This document shows positions 63,187 through 64,000 of a DNA stretch of 64,000 nt, piece after piece. The stretch is taken from assembly GCA_965197745.1 (NCBI GenBank), contig CBDANS010000006.1, positions 704,001 through 768,000 on the forward strand, read 5' to 3'. The notes beneath the pieces are model-generated. The model had not been told where the DNA came from. It searched no databases and was given only the letters and a program-made list of their open reading frames with translations. This DNA comes from Opitutales bacterium (lineage in GTDB: Bacteria > Verrucomicrobiota > Verrucomicrobiia > Opitutales > PNEW01). The position numbers and the translations under genes were made by a program. Position 1 is the stretch's first letter, and each line of letters begins with the position of its first letter.

Positions 63187-64000
63187 CTACCCAACCTTGG
63201 GATGAACGTCGGTGGTCGAAAGTTCGGTTACCACATTGAAGAGGGGTAAGCCGTCACGGTAATTGTTCAGGTTTTTGATAATGATCTCACCCATCCGTGC
63301 TCCAAAGTTCTTAGCAAAACCGGCGATATGGGGGGTGGTGATGACATTTTCAAGATCCCATATCGGATTTTCCGGCGGTAATGGTTCTTCACGAAAGACG
63401 TCTAAGCCCGCGCCCGCGAGGTGACCGCTTTTCAAGGCATCAATTAAATCCGGTTCGTTTACACAAGTACCTCGCGCCGCATTGTAGAGATAGGAGCCCG
63501 GTTTCATGGCATTGAGGAATTGTTTATCGACAAGGCCATCGGTATCCGGCCCACCGACAGTGGCGATAACGACATGGTCCGCTTCACCGAGGGCGGTGTG
63601 AAGCTCATCCGTGGTATACAGCTTTTCGACGCAATCAGGCTTTTTTACCCCTTCCAGATCGACACCGATGACGTGCATTTGAATACCCGCACACAGCTGC
63701 GCAATCACGGTCCCTGAATTGCCAACACCGACGACACAAACAGTTGAACCATTCAGTTCGCCATAGCAATTATGCTCGCTGTCCCAGACCGGGTTGATGA
63801 ACTGTCGATTCTGTTTTTCCAGGGTATGCTGCGGTATTCTACGACTGAATCCGAGCATCATGGCCAGGGTGTTTTCAGCGATACCGATAGAAAAGACACC
63901 CTTAGCGTTACAAAGGGTAAAGTTGGGATGTGACTCTATTCCGTACCCGATGTAGGGATCAAATCCCGCGCTGCCGATTTGCAAAACGTGCAGCGGCGTG
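63187..64000 (-). CDS. D-2-hydroxyacid dehydrogenase family, 5'-partial
   Basis: VVGVGNSG, YNAARG, GAGLDVFREEP, TPHIAG. Confidence 0.9.
   Translation of the reverse strand, partial: TPLHVLQIGSAGFDPYIGYGIESHPNFTLCNAKGVFSIGIAENTLAMMLGFSRRIPQHTLEKQNRQFINPVWDSEHNCYGELNGSTVCVVGVGNSGTVIAQLCAGIQMHVIGVDLEGVKKPDCVEKLYTTDELHTALGEADHVVIATVGGPDTDGLVDKQFLNAMKPGSYLYNAARGTCVNEPDLIDALKSGHLAGAGLDVFREEPLPPENPIWDLENVITTPHIAGFAKNFGARMGEIIIKNLNNYRDGLPLFNVVTELSTTDVHPKVG

Overview
A 64-kb bacterial accessory region, probably from a marine or host-associated PVC-superphylum organism (Verrucomicrobiota/Opitutales-like; inferred from the PEP-CTERM gene, YQWY-type Ig domains, sulfatases and REP families, not verified). 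It mixes catabolic enzymes (enolase-superfamily enzyme, lactonase, sulfatases, UxuA-like dehydratase, GH31, CocE/NonD, five PhyH-type Fe(II)/2OG dioxygenases) with secreted repeat proteins and one tRNA-Lys(CTT). Main observations: (1) Five signal-peptide genes with different N-terminal passengers (tandem beta-sandwich+Ig, RCC1, LRR+RCC1, acidic/TSP3-like, FG-GAP+Ig) all end in the same unrecognised 274-aa domain, 825 bp in every copy, and a sixth 21-codon remnant is present. This is a candidate undescribed surface-display or sorting module. A piece of such a gene (Ig plus the start of the domain) is inserted in-frame in two of three beta-propeller hydrolase paralogs. (2) Integron-type cassettes with attC sites occur at three loci with no integrase in the window, and several start at a conserved ~70-bp attI-like pad. 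(3) Foreign-looking genes are repeatedly bracketed by imperfect direct repeats of neighbouring gene ends, including a 5' half of the tRNA. (4) Two PhyH proteins have HxA/HxG instead of HxD (halogenase-like). (5) Six genes carry frameshifts or in-frame stops. All annotation was done by eye from the sequence and ORF track; no database searches were run.
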